Source: Verrucomicrobiota bacterium (GTDB lineage: Bacteria > Verrucomicrobiota > Verrucomicrobiia > Limisphaerales > CANJSG01). From it: a stretch of 64,000 nt of DNA. The stretch is taken from the NCBI GenBank assembly GCA_038209745.1, contig JBBQXJ010000001.1, positions 1 through 64,000 of the forward strand, written 5' to 3'. The notes beneath the pieces were generated by a model. It worked only from the letters and a program-made list of their open reading frames with translations. It was not told where the DNA came from and did not search any database. Positions 40,055-49,283 of this stretch are shown in pieces; the first letter of the stretch is position 1; each line of letters starts with the position of its first letter. The position numbers were made by a program, and so were the translations under genes.

Positions 40055-40765
40055 TTATTTAACTTCGAGGGTGAAGTTTTCTTTTGCTCCACCTGCTTCA
40101 ACCGCAATCTCTTTGACCTCTCCATCGGTGTTGCCGTGGGTTTTGCGGTGGTAGACAACCATCTTATACTTGCCGTCCGGCACGTTTTTGATGGTGTAGT
40201 TGCCGTCCTTGTCGGTCACGGCGAAGAACGGATTGTCGAAGACGGCGACGTAGGCGGTCATCCAAGGATGGACGTCGCACTTGAAGAGGATGGGGACCTC
40301 CATCTTGTCGAACGACATTTCTTTGACCTGTCCCTTGGTCGCTTGGGCGAAGTTGCTGCCCTTGTTGATCTTGGCCCGGCTGCAGTTGACGTTGTGCAGC
40401 ACAGGGTCGCTGTTTCTTACTTCAAATTTCTGCCCCGCCATGACCGCGAGGCTAAACGGATGATATTCACAGCCTAATTGGTCGAGCACGGGCTTGTCGG
40501 CCGGCGGGGTGAAGGTCTTGCCATCGATGCCCGTGCCCGACTTGAGATAGACGAACACATCGGCCAAGCCGTCGGCCAAGCCGACATCATACTGCCGGCT
40601 GGTGATCGTCAGCTTTTCTGGAGTCCCGCAGATCACGTCCTTCATTTGGGCCGGAGGCGGAGGCGTGCCCTTGAGGGTGATCTTGCCGGTGATGTCACCG
40701 GCGAAAACAGAATGTGACGCAGCCGTCGCGACCGCCAGGACCAACCAAGTTGAGAGCTTCTTCAT
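40055..40765 (-). CDS. Exported cupredoxin-like protein with carboxypeptidase-regulatory-like beta-sandwich
   Basis: Signal peptide; LDQLGCEYHP, NSDPVLHNV, CDVHPWM and TDKDGNYTIKNVPDGKY. Confidence 0.85.
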   Translation of the reverse strand: MKKLSTWLVLAVATAASHSVFAGDITGKITLKGTPPPPAQMKDVICGTPEKLTITSRQYDVGLADGLADVFVYLKSGTGIDGKTFTPPADKPVLDQLGCEYHPFSLAVMAGQKFEVRNSDPVLHNVNCSRAKINKGSNFAQATKGQVKEMSFDKMEVPILFKCDVHPWMTAYVAVFDNPFFAVTDKDGNYTIKNVPDGKYKMVVYHRKTHGNTDGEVKEIAVEAGGAKENFTLEVK

Positions 40766-40826
40766 GATTCGGATTTCGGTTATCAGCCGAGAAAACCTAA
40801 CGGAGCCAATCGACCCCGCAAGTCCT

Positions 40827-40844
40827 TTGTGAAAATTTTCACAA
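40827..40844. promoter_or_regulatory. Perfect 18-bp palindromic operator (Rex or CRP/FNR-family type)
   Basis: TTGTGAAAATTTTCACAA matches both TTGTGAA-N4-TTCACAA and TGTGA-N6-TCACA, about 60 bp upstream of the oxidase operon. Confidence 0.8.
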
Positions 40845-40923
40845 GCTCGAGCTTCCTGTTCGACGGGTCTCGTTTGCGGGCCATTCGATGCAGTCTTCCG
40901 CCTCTTTCTTTCTGGTGGTGCCC

Positions 40924-42048
40924 ATGATTCCATCGGGCGTAATGGTAGAACTCCCACCCGAAACCCAGTCAGCCGGGCGCGTGCATGTGAAGTCCCGAGG
41001 GCAACGTCTTCTGTGTTTTGGGGGATGCGACTATTTCCGGCTTTCAACCCATTCCGCCGTTATCCGAGCGGCCCAAACCGCGCTCATCGACGGAGGCCTC
41101 GATGTGGCCGCTTCTAGGATGACCACTGGAAACCACCCGATTTACCGGCAACTGGAGCGGGCGCTCGTCCAATTTTTTCGAATGGAGAGCGCGGTGCTGG
41201 CTTCGTCGGGCTACGCATCCGGCTTGCTCGTGGCGCAGGCACTTTCCGGATCGGTCACCCATGTCTTCTTGGACGAAAGAGCCCACGGATGCCTGCGCGA
41301 TGCGGCCCACTGGCTCAGGGTGCCCACGCGGGATTTCAGACATCGGGATCCGACGAGTCTGCGAAAACAACTGGGCCGCCTCTCCGTGGGCGCAAAACCT
41401 CTGATCGGCACCGACGGCATGTTTGCAGCCGACGGCGCTTTGGCGCCCGTCGGAGACCTGCTGGAACTCCTGCCTGAAAACGGCCTCCTCTGGATCGATG
41501 ATTCCCATGGCGCCGGAACTCTCGGCGCGCGCGGTCGAGGTTCGATGGAGGAAGCAAAATCCCGCGTGGGGGCCCGTGCAGACCGGTTGATTGTCACGAT
41601 GACACTGAGCAAAGCGTTCGGCTGCTATGGCGGCGCGGTGCTGGGCCCGGCGGCTCTACGAGAGCGCATTCTGAAGAAAAGTCGCCTTTTCACCGGCAAC
41701 ACTCCGTTGCCACCGCTGCTGGCAGCCGCCGCGATTGCCTCCATTCACATCCTCAAGACAGACCCCTCCCTGCGGAGACGCCTCCGGGCCAACACGACCC
41801 AGTTGCGGTCAGCCCTCGCGGCGGAAGGTTGGCCGGTGGAGGCGTCCGCATCGCCCGTATTGGCTTTGACCCCTGCATCCGACAAAGAGGCCGCGACGAT
41901 GCAACGGCGCCTCTTGCGGGCGGGCATCCTTCCGACATTCATCCGGTATCCCGGAGGACCGGACGGAGGATTCCTTCGCCTCGCCGTGTCGAGCGAGCAC
42001 TCGGCACAGGAGGTGGAACTGCTCGGACAATCCCTCCGCAGAGACTGA
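40924..42048 (+). CDS. 8-amino-7-oxononanoate synthase-like PLP enzyme (aminotransferase class I/II)
   Basis: DYFRL, SRMTTG, SGY, DDSHG and TLSKAFG. Start uncertain (40888, 40924 or 40942). Confidence 0.85.
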   Translation: MIPSGVMVELPPETQSAGRVHVKSRGQRLLCFGGCDYFRLSTHSAVIRAAQTALIDGGLDVAASRMTTGNHPIYRQLERALVQFFRMESAVLASSGYASGLLVAQALSGSVTHVFLDERAHGCLRDAAHWLRVPTRDFRHRDPTSLRKQLGRLSVGAKPLIGTDGMFAADGALAPVGDLLELLPENGLLWIDDSHGAGTLGARGRGSMEEAKSRVGARADRLIVTMTLSKAFGCYGGAVLGPAALRERILKKSRLFTGNTPLPPLLAAAAIASIHILKTDPSLRRRLRANTTQLRSALAAEGWPVEASASPVLALTPASDKEAATMQRRLLRAGILPTFIRYPGGPDGGFLRLAVSSEHSAQEVELLGQSLRRD

Positions 42049-42109
42049 CGCCGAGATCCCATCCATTTACCCCCTTGCCACCCCGGCAGCCGGTTCGCCA
42101 AGGTTTCTC

Positions 42110-43675
42110 ATGGCAGCGACCGCGAAACCGAACGTCATTGACTCCGAGTTCTACCTGAACGCCGACGCGTTTTTTTCGGCCCATCGGGGCATCGCGCTGA
42201 CCTACGACGACGTCACGCTGGCGACCCAATACTCCGAAGTCCTTCCCCGGGACACCCAGCTCGACACCAAGCTCGCCAATGGCCTGGAACTGAACATCCC
42301 CGTCATTTCGGCGGACATGGACACCGTCACCGAGTCCCGCATGGCAATCGCCATGGCGCTCAACGGAGGCCTCGGTCTCATCCACTACAACATGCCGGAG
42401 CGCGAACAGCTCTCCGAAGTCAGCCGGGTAAAAAACAACATCCACGGGCTGATCCAGGAGCCGATCAAGGTCTCTCCCGACCAGTTCCTCGGCGACGTGC
42501 TGGAGATGGTGGAGAAGAGGAAATTCGAGTTCCGCACCTTCCCCGTGGTGGATGAACACGGAAAACTCCTCGGCCTTCTCCCCGGCCATGTGGTCAAGCC
42601 CCGCTACGCCAAACGAAAGGTCTCCGAGGCTCTCACGCCCCGCGATCAGATCCACACCCTTCGCAAAAAGGATCTCGGTTCAAACCCGATTGCCAAGGCC
42701 GACAAGTTTTTCACCGACCATCCCGGGATCCACAAGCTGCTCGTCGTCGACGACCAGGACAAGCTCCACGGCCTCTTCACCATGAGCGACGTGGAGCGGA
42801 TCACCCAGGAGAAGCGGGCCCAGTTCAAACCCGCGCGCGATTCCAAGTTCCGCCTGATCTGCGGCGCCGCGCTCTCGGCCACGCGCAACGCCTTCGGCGA
42901 GCTCGACCGCGACCGCATCCTCGCCCATCTCGGCGGCCTCGAAGAGCGCGGCGTCGACGTAGTGGCCGTCTCCACCGCTCACGGCTACACCAAGGGAGTC
43001 GGCGAAACCGTGAAGATGATCCGCGACGCGTATCCGAACCTTCCGATCATCGCGGGCAATGTCACCAGCGGCGCCGCCGTCGAGTTCCTGGCCGACGCCG
43101 GTGCCAACGCCATCAAAGTAGGCCAAGGGCCCGGCTCCATCTGCACCACCCGCGTCGTTGCGGGCGTCGGCATTCCCCAACTCACCGCGCTCTATGTCTG
43201 CTCCAAAGCCGCCGCCAAGAAGGGCGTTTCCATCATCGCCGACGGCGGCATCACCAAGTCCGGCGATGTGGTCAAGGCCTTGACCCTGTCGCAGGCGGTG
43301 ATCTGTGGAGGCATGTTGGCTGGTTGCCCCGAAGCCCCCGGCCAGATCATGGAAATCGGCGGCAAGATGTATAAACAATATCGCGGCATGGGCAGCATCG
43401 CCGCCATGAAGTCCGGCTCCGCCGCGCGCTACGGCCACAGCAAGGACGCCACCCAGAAGGTCGCGGCCGAAGGCGTCGAAGCCCTTAAGGAAGTCTCCCC
43501 GCCGGTCGACGCGATCCTCACCCAGATGATCGGAGGCATCCAGAGCGGCATGGGCTATCTCGGTTCGGCCAACCTCGCCCAGCTCCGCGAAAAAGCCCGC
43601 TACATCCGCGTCAGCCCCGCCGGGATGCGCGAGGCCACCCCGCACGACGTCGTGGAAGTGAAGGCGGGGACGTAG
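42110..43675 (+). CDS. guaB: IMP dehydrogenase with CBS pair
   Basis: [32 protein letters not shown] dyad and AEGVE. Confidence 0.95.
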   Translation: MAATAKPNVIDSEFYLNADAFFSAHRGIALTYDDVTLATQYSEVLPRDTQLDTKLANGLELNIPVISADMDTVTESRMAIAMALNGGLGLIHYNMPEREQLSEVSRVKNNIHGLIQEPIKVSPDQFLGDVLEMVEKRKFEFRTFPVVDEHGKLLGLLPGHVVKPRYAKRKVSEALTPRDQIHTLRKKDLGSNPIAKADKFFTDHPGIHKLLVVDDQDKLHGLFTMSDVERITQEKRAQFKPARDSKFRLICGAALSATRNAFGELDRDRILAHLGGLEERGVDVVAVSTAHGYTKGVGETVKMIRDAYPNLPIIAGNVTSGAAVEFLADAGANAIKVGQGPGSICTTRVVAGVGIPQLTALYVCSKAAAKKGVSIIADGGITKSGDVVKALTLSQAVICGGMLAGCPEAPGQIMEIGGKMYKQYRGMGSIAAMKSGSAARYGHSKDATQKVAAEGVEALKEVSPPVDAILTQMIGGIQSGMGYLGSANLAQLREKARYIRVSPAGMREATPHDVVEVKAGT

Positions 43676-43712
43676 TCTGGGCCGGCTATTCCGCGGTCAA
43701 ACCACGCTCGGA

Positions 43713-44594
43713 CTACGTCTTGTTCCGCACAAGGCGCAGTCCGACCGACACCAGCGAGGCCAGTCCGTAGACGATTCCCAAAAACACGACGTCCGTCGGG
43801 CCCACCGGCAGATCCCATTCATAGGCGATCCAAAAACCGAGGAACGCCGAGACCCCACCGATGACCGACGCCAGCACGGTGAACTGGCGCATGTTCCGGG
43901 CGAACAGGTGCGACGTCAGCGCCGGGATCAAAAGAAAACCGAACGAAATCAGCGGCCCCACGCTGAGCACCGCCATGGAAACGGTCAGCCCGATCAATGC
44001 GAAGATCAGCACGTCCCAGAAGACGACGTTCTTCCCCAGCGTGACCGCCATCGCGCGGTCGAAGGAGACCAGCAGGATCTCCTTGTGGAACAGGCCGAGC
44101 ACCAGCAGCACGACCCCGAGCGTGACGGCGGTCAGCACCAGGTCGGCGTTGTCGATCGTGATCACCTCGCCCTTCATCAGGTCCAGCCAGCCGACCTCCG
44201 CATACCGGTTCTTTGAGAGCAGGATGATGCTCAACGCGGAGGCGACGACATAGCCGGCCCCCAGACGCCCCTCGGGCAACCCGCGCCCCCGCCGTTCCAA
44301 CACGGCGAACACCATGATGGCGACCAGCGAGAAGAGCGTGGAACCGACGAACGCCACCAGATGTTCGCTGTGGGCCTCGTGCTCCGGCTTCATCGCCCCC
44401 AGCCACATCGGGACGGACAGGGCGATGGCGACACCGGTCGAGGAGATCTGCGGCAGCGCGACACCCATGAAGACGAGCCGTCGCAGGACAAGAAAGACTC
44501 CGACCAACGGACAGGCGAACCCGATGAGCACGCTGGTGTAGACCGAGTTTCGTAGGAGGAAATCGGGCGAGAGGATCTGGTGGAGCGATTCCAT
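43713..44594 (-). CDS. Zn/Mn-type ABC transporter permease
   Basis: VGVFLVLRR, SFDRAMA and VGPL...LLIPA motifs; multi-TM. Confidence 0.9.
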   Translation of the reverse strand: MESLHQILSPDFLLRNSVYTSVLIGFACPLVGVFLVLRRLVFMGVALPQISSTGVAIALSVPMWLGAMKPEHEAHSEHLVAFVGSTLFSLVAIMVFAVLERRGRGLPEGRLGAGYVVASALSIILLSKNRYAEVGWLDLMKGEVITIDNADLVLTAVTLGVVLLVLGLFHKEILLVSFDRAMAVTLGKNVVFWDVLIFALIGLTVSMAVLSVGPLISFGFLLIPALTSHLFARNMRQFTVLASVIGGVSAFLGFWIAYEWDLPVGPTDVVFLGIVYGLASLVSVGLRLVRNKT

Positions 44595-44595
44595 A

Positions 44596-45300
44596 TCAGC
44601 CGATCTCCATTTCAAAAATCTCCGTCATGCGCTCCCGGGTCAGGAGCTCCGCCACGGTGCCGTGGAGAACCTTTCCCTCATGCAGCCACACGACCTGCTG
44701 AGCGTGTTTGCGCACGAGCGGCAGGTCGTGGGTCACCATCAGGATCGTCAGTTTCCGTTCTTCGTGGATGCGCGAGATGAACTGCAGCAAGGAGCGCGTC
44801 GCCGCGACATCCACGCCGGCGGTGGGTTCGTCGAGCACGAGCGCCTCGGGCCGGGTGGCGAGCGCACGGGCGATCAGCACGCGCTGTTTTTGACCTCCCG
44901 ACAGGTCGGTGAACTTCTTGTGCGCGAAGCCGTCCGCCGCCGTCGCCTGCAGGCACTCGCGGGCAAAGGCCCGCTCCGACTTCGGCACCCATCGTCCGGG
45001 TCCGATGCGTCCGTAGGCGCCCATCAACGCCACATCAAACCCCGTCAAGGGATAGAGCGGATCGAACTGGCTGGATTGCGGCACGTAGCCGAACCCGGCG
45101 GGCGGATCAATGCGGATGCGGCCCGAGACGGCCGGCTGGAGACCGAGCAGCGTCTTCAGCAAGGTGGACTTGCCGGACCCGTTCGCGCCGAGAATGGCGG
45201 TGAAGCTGGAACGCTCCACCGCGAGGGAAATGCCGGACAGGAGGGCCTGGCCATCGTAGCCGATCGCCAAGTCGTCCAGCGTGATGATGGGATCGCTCAT
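44596..45300 (-). CDS. Zn/Mn-type ABC transporter ATPase
   Basis: GANGSGKST, YVPQ, LSGGQKQR, LDEPT and THD. Confidence 0.93.
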   Translation of the reverse strand: MSDPIITLDDLAIGYDGQALLSGISLAVERSSFTAILGANGSGKSTLLKTLLGLQPAVSGRIRIDPPAGFGYVPQSSQFDPLYPLTGFDVALMGAYGRIGPGRWVPKSERAFARECLQATAADGFAHKKFTDLSGGQKQRVLIARALATRPEALVLDEPTAGVDVAATRSLLQFISRIHEERKLTILMVTHDLPLVRKHAQQVVWLHEGKVLHGTVAELLTRERMTEIFEMEIG

Positions 45301-45304
45301 GCCG

Positions 45305-46222
45305 CTATTTCTTCACCGCCCCCACGAACGAACGCACGATATAGTCCATCATCTCGATGTAGGTGTCGGTGTGCGGCACGCCGCCGGGCATGATCGGGAG
45401 TTTGATCAGCGCCGCCCCGGTTTCCTTGGCGATGAGCGAGGGCACCTTCGCGGGGAACTGGGGCTCGCGGACCACGATCGGCACATGCTCGGCCTTCATG
45501 GTGGAGACCAGTTCCTCGATGTGTCGCGGCGTGGGATCAATCCCGGGTTTCAGCTCGATGGTGCCAATATATTTGAACCCGAACCGTTCCGCGAAGTAGG
45601 GCCAGTGTTCGTGGTAGGAGACGAACGCGGTTCCCTTGAGCGGCTCCAGTTCCCGGCTCCACTCGGCGATCTTGGCGTCGAGTTTCGCGAGGTAGGCGTC
45701 GCGGTTGCGCGCGTAGTCCGCCTGATGCTCGGGATCGGCCGTGATCAACGCAACGTAGATGTTCTTGATCGCGGTCTTCGCCAACACCGGGTCAAGCATG
45801 TAGTGCGGATTGCCGTAGGGATGCACGTCGCCTTGCGAGTGGTCGGTGGACGCCGGCACGCCAACGGGCGTGACGCCGGCCGAGCAGTCCACATAGCCGG
45901 GATGGCCGTATTGGATGCGCGGGTTGCGGCTGGCCTCGAGCAATCCGGGCAGAAAGGAATGCTCGCAGCCAAACCCGATCAAGATCACCAGGTCCGCGCG
46001 GTTCAGGCGTGGGACGAAGCTCGGCTTCATCGGCACGCCGTGGGTGTCCTCGATGCCCGTCGCCAGGCTGAAGACATCCACGTGGTCGCCGCCGATGTTG
46101 CGCGCCAAATCGGCGAGATCGGTCAATGTGGTGACGATACGGATCTTGGCCGCTTGGGCGGATGGGATCGCGAAGGCGAAAGCGCCAACGAGCGCGAGAA
46201 GGTTGAAGAATCGATATTTCAT
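45305..46222 (-). CDS. Cluster A-I (ZnuA/TroA) metal-binding periplasmic protein
   Basis: Signal peptide; EDTHG, VHPYGNPHY, YHEHWPYF and E.KPGI.PTP.H. Confidence 0.92.
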   Translation of the reverse strand: MKYRFFNLLALVGAFAFAIPSAQAAKIRIVTTLTDLADLARNIGGDHVDVFSLATGIEDTHGVPMKPSFVPRLNRADLVILIGFGCEHSFLPGLLEASRNPRIQYGHPGYVDCSAGVTPVGVPASTDHSQGDVHPYGNPHYMLDPVLAKTAIKNIYVALITADPEHQADYARNRDAYLAKLDAKIAEWSRELEPLKGTAFVSYHEHWPYFAERFGFKYIGTIELKPGIDPTPRHIEELVSTMKAEHVPIVVREPQFPAKVPSLIAKETGAALIKLPIMPGGVPHTDTYIEMMDYIVRSFVGAVKK

Positions 46223-46244
46223 GGGGGTGTTCTCCGTGGTTCGT

Positions 46245-47669
46245 TCACCGCTGCTGCCAGCCGTGGGCATGGGCGCCGATGATCCAGGCCCATTGCAGAT
46301 AGACGGCGTCGTCCGAAGGCAGGCCAGAAGACGCGCTGTTTTCCGTGTGGGTGTATTGCAGCCGGAGCTGGTTCCAGTGGCTCACCGCAAAGGTGAGGTA
46401 GGGCGAATAGGCGAACGTCTCGACGGAGTTGTTCTGCGGGCTTTGCACCCAGTCGAAGAGAAATCCGGCGCTCCATTTTCGGTTCCATTTGTAGGTCGCA
46501 TAGGAATACAGGCCCAGTGAACCGATGCTGCCGTAGGCTTCGTCCCCGCTCGGCCGGCCGCCGTTCGCCGGATTCAGGCTTCCATCCGGGTCCGTCCAAT
46601 AGCGGGTGTCGCCATAGAGAAGCTCCGTTCCCCAGTCGAGCCGGCGGTATTCGTTGTCGGCCAGCGGCACGTAGCTGAACCGCAGATCCAGGCCCGCGAC
46701 GCGACGCGCCTTCTCGGTCAACGTGCTGCCGTCCGGCTGGACCAGGACGCCGCCGCGATCCCGCGTGATCGGGTTGATCAAGCCTGACACGCCCGTCTCC
46801 ATCTCCAGGTCGGGCGTCAGATCGAAGTAGGTGGAGAGGCGCCCGAAGTAGTTGAGACCGCCCAGAGGACGGTAGGCGCCGGGATTGTTCAGCGGACTGC
46901 CGCCGCCGAAGCCGTTTCCGAAGCCCGCCACCGCGCTGATGTAGTGGTCCGTCGGCAACAGCCAGCTCAGCTGCGCGCCGTCGGTCCGGGACTCGCCGCC
47001 GATGTATTGGTCGAGCGCCAGCGGCCGGTTCACGAACGGCAGCTCGTGGTCGTGGATGTCCGACAGTTTCCCGAACTCGGCGAAGAACCGGCCCGCTTTG
47101 AGTTCGAGCCCCCAAGGCAGCGAAGTCGTCTGCAGCGCCGCCTCTTCGACGCCCAAGCTCGCTTCGCCCGAGGCCGCATCGGCCGAGGCGTTGAGCACGG
47201 CGTAGCCTTTGGCGAACGGATCGACCGACGCCGAGAAGTCCAACTCCAGTGAACGCTGGAACACATCAAACCCGCCCGCCCGCCCGTTCCCGGTCTGATC
47301 CGAGCCCCGGCTGTTGTAGGAGAACACGGTCTCTCCCACCAAGCCGATGGCCGGATTGAATTCACCGGGGAGGATCTTCTTCTGTGCCTCCACCACCGAA
47401 TCGACCTCTTTCTTCAGGTCCTGTATCTGCGTGGACTCGGGAGTGGCTGCGGCTGGCTGCGGCGCTGGGGGAGCAGATTGGAGTTTCTCAAGCTGGTGCT
47501 GGAGGGAATCGATCTGCTGCCGCTGCTCCTGCGCAGTCTGCTCGAACTTGCGCTGCATTTCTCCGAGCTGTTTCTTCAACTGCTCGATATCGGTCGTCTC
47601 CTGGGCTGCCAGCGGCAAAATGCCGAGGCAGAGGGCCGAAGACAGGCCCACAAGGGTTCTGGATTTCAT
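46245..47669 (-). CDS. Predicted outer-membrane beta-barrel associated with the metal ABC operon
   Basis: Signal peptide, Gln-rich coiled coil, FNPAIG, VDPF, IHDHELPF, alternating beta pattern and C-terminal IGAHAH. Confidence 0.8.
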   Translation of the reverse strand: MKSRTLVGLSSALCLGILPLAAQETTDIEQLKKQLGEMQRKFEQTAQEQRQQIDSLQHQLEKLQSAPPAPQPAAATPESTQIQDLKKEVDSVVEAQKKILPGEFNPAIGLVGETVFSYNSRGSDQTGNGRAGGFDVFQRSLELDFSASVDPFAKGYAVLNASADAASGEASLGVEEAALQTTSLPWGLELKAGRFFAEFGKLSDIHDHELPFVNRPLALDQYIGGESRTDGAQLSWLLPTDHYISAVAGFGNGFGGGSPLNNPGAYRPLGGLNYFGRLSTYFDLTPDLEMETGVSGLINPITRDRGGVLVQPDGSTLTEKARRVAGLDLRFSYVPLADNEYRRLDWGTELLYGDTRYWTDPDGSLNPANGGRPSGDEAYGSIGSLGLYSYATYKWNRKWSAGFLFDWVQSPQNNSVETFAYSPYLTFAVSHWNQLRLQYTHTENSASSGLPSDDAVYLQWAWIIGAHAHGWQQR

Positions 47670-47769
47670 ATGCGATACACCGACGGGGTTTGATTCAAGG
47701 AATGTCGCGGTGCGGCCGCGAAGCCGGTCAAGCTTCAGCGCGTCGCAACTGGGACAGATGGGGGATGAA

Positions 47770-48102
47770 TCAACCCTGCGGTGGACCGCGGGAATGATAG
47801 GGGAGAACAACAGGGGAGGAAACGACACCAAAGGACGCGGAAAAAACCTCGATCCAAGATTCGGGCTGCCTCGGGAGCGGCCCCACATCGGTCTGGGCCA
47901 GTCCGGTTTCTCCGTTCGCCCAGTGGACAAAGGCGCAGTCGTGGCCGGAGGCCCCGGCATCGGGATGGAGCAGCGGATGAATCGCATCGCCGGCCGTCAG
48001 GAGAAAAACCAGCGCAAGCATCAACGCTCCCGCCAAGCTGCGGCAAACCTTCCATCCCAAGGCGGATCGCGCCTTGTTATGAGAGATTGACGGAGCGTTC
48101 AT
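47770..48102 (-). CDS. DUF2946-like His-rich leader peptide ending in RGPP
   Basis: 110 aa: hydrophobic segment, HPLLH...HDCAFVH, Pro-rich spacer, then SRGPPQG-stop. Lies 100 nt upstream of the OM protein gene. Confidence 0.75.
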   Translation of the reverse strand: MNAPSISHNKARSALGWKVCRSLAGALMLALVFLLTAGDAIHPLLHPDAGASGHDCAFVHWANGETGLAQTDVGPLPRQPESWIEVFSASFGVVSSPVVLPYHSRGPPQG

Positions 48103-48206
48103 TTTTTCGACGGGAGACAAACCCGGGGTGCCTTGCCGCTTGGATCGGGCAAACCTTTCGGATCGTCCGACCGACATCGGAACAGTCGACCGGCAAGATG
48201 GTGGAC

Positions 48207-48227
48207 TTGAGGGCGCAGTCAACTCAA
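48207..48227. promoter_or_regulatory. Candidate promoter/operator of the leader-metal uptake operon
   Basis: TTGAG-N11-CTCAA inverted repeat overlapping a minus-strand TTGACT that is followed 16 nt later by CATCTT. Confidence 0.3.
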
Positions 48228-48258
48228 TGCCTTCCCCGACACGCCGGACGCCTTCTTC

Positions 48259-48483
48259 TCAGAACTGGAACGGCTCGTTCATCCGGCCGCACTGGGGACA
48301 CTTGGACAGGTCCACATCCGAGTCGTCGGTGTAGGTGTAGCCGCACTTCTCGCAACGGAAGATGCGGTCGGGCGCTTCGGTGGACCGGAACCGGCGTCGA
48401 CGGAACTCCCATTGCACCACCAAGGCCAAGAGCCCTGCCAGAAGCACGATCAAATAAAGCGCGATGTGGGCTTCGGGTGTCAC
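48259..48483 (-). CDS. 74-aa membrane-anchored zinc-ribbon protein
   Basis: One TM segment, RRRR, CEKC...CPQC; GTGA overlap with the upstream gene. Confidence 0.8.
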   Translation of the reverse strand: MTPEAHIALYLIVLLAGLLALVVQWEFRRRRFRSTEAPDRIFRCEKCGYTYTDDSDVDLSKCPQCGRMNEPFQF

Positions 48484-49280
48484 GGTTGCGGGGCTCCCTG
48501 GGGCAACTGCGTGTTCCACCGGATCCGGAGGAGCCCCGTTGCGAGCGGAGCGCCTCGATTCGGCTTGAACGCCAAATCCAGCGCCGTTTTCACCGCCAAT
48601 TGATCCGCCAGATGGGCCACTTCGGACCCACCGCTGCGCTCGGCCAACCGTGCGGTCAGCACCCGGCCTTCGGCATTTACCGCGACGGCCACCACGGAGT
48701 CCTTCAACAGTTCGCCGGAGGTCTGGTCTGGAAGAGGCGGCAACGGCTCTTCCAGACGGTCGCGCAAGACCCTGTCCAGCTCGGCGCTGGACTCCGTCCT
48801 CAGCGGTGCGGGCAGCGGCAGAACCGGCGGCTGGAGAAGCGCGGGCAGATCGGATTCCTCGCTCGCGGCGAGCAACGGCCGCGATGCTTGTGGAAGCATC
48901 GCGTAGGCTTGGCCGAGCGTATTGGTCTGGAGCGAGAGCCAGTGGGTGGCGTCGACCCATTCAACCCGCACCTGGGGCAGAGCCGGCAGTTGCAGCCAGC
49001 CTTCGCCGGAAAAGCCGAGGTATCCGGGCAGCACGGCTCCGGCCGGATCGGGCACTCCGAAGAACGTCGCCAAGGCCTGCGGCGAAATCGCAGCGGGAAT
49101 CCAGCGCACGGATGGGCCTTTGGGTTGCCGCGCCGCCATCTCGTCCGGCCGGCTGCCCGTGGCGTAGATGAAGCCCACCTGAACCACAAAAAACACCACG
49201 CCCCAGACGACCATCTTGCGGACGGACCATCCCGCGTCTACCGCCGGAGTCTCCTTCTCGTTGGCGCCGGGATGTGTCAC
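48480..49280 (-). CDS. TonB-like energy transducer (divergent)
   Basis: N-terminal TM, Pro-rich middle and C-terminal VAVNAEGRV...SGG...ADQLA...FKP resembling TonB_C; follows exbBD. Confidence 0.65.
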   Translation of the reverse strand: MTHPGANEKETPAVDAGWSVRKMVVWGVVFFVVQVGFIYATGSRPDEMAARQPKGPSVRWIPAAISPQALATFFGVPDPAGAVLPGYLGFSGEGWLQLPALPQVRVEWVDATHWLSLQTNTLGQAYAMLPQASRPLLAASEESDLPALLQPPVLPLPAPLRTESSAELDRVLRDRLEEPLPPLPDQTSGELLKDSVVAVAVNAEGRVLTARLAERSGGSEVAHLADQLAVKTALDLAFKPNRGAPLATGLLRIRWNTQLPQGAPQP

Positions 49281-49283
49281 GGG

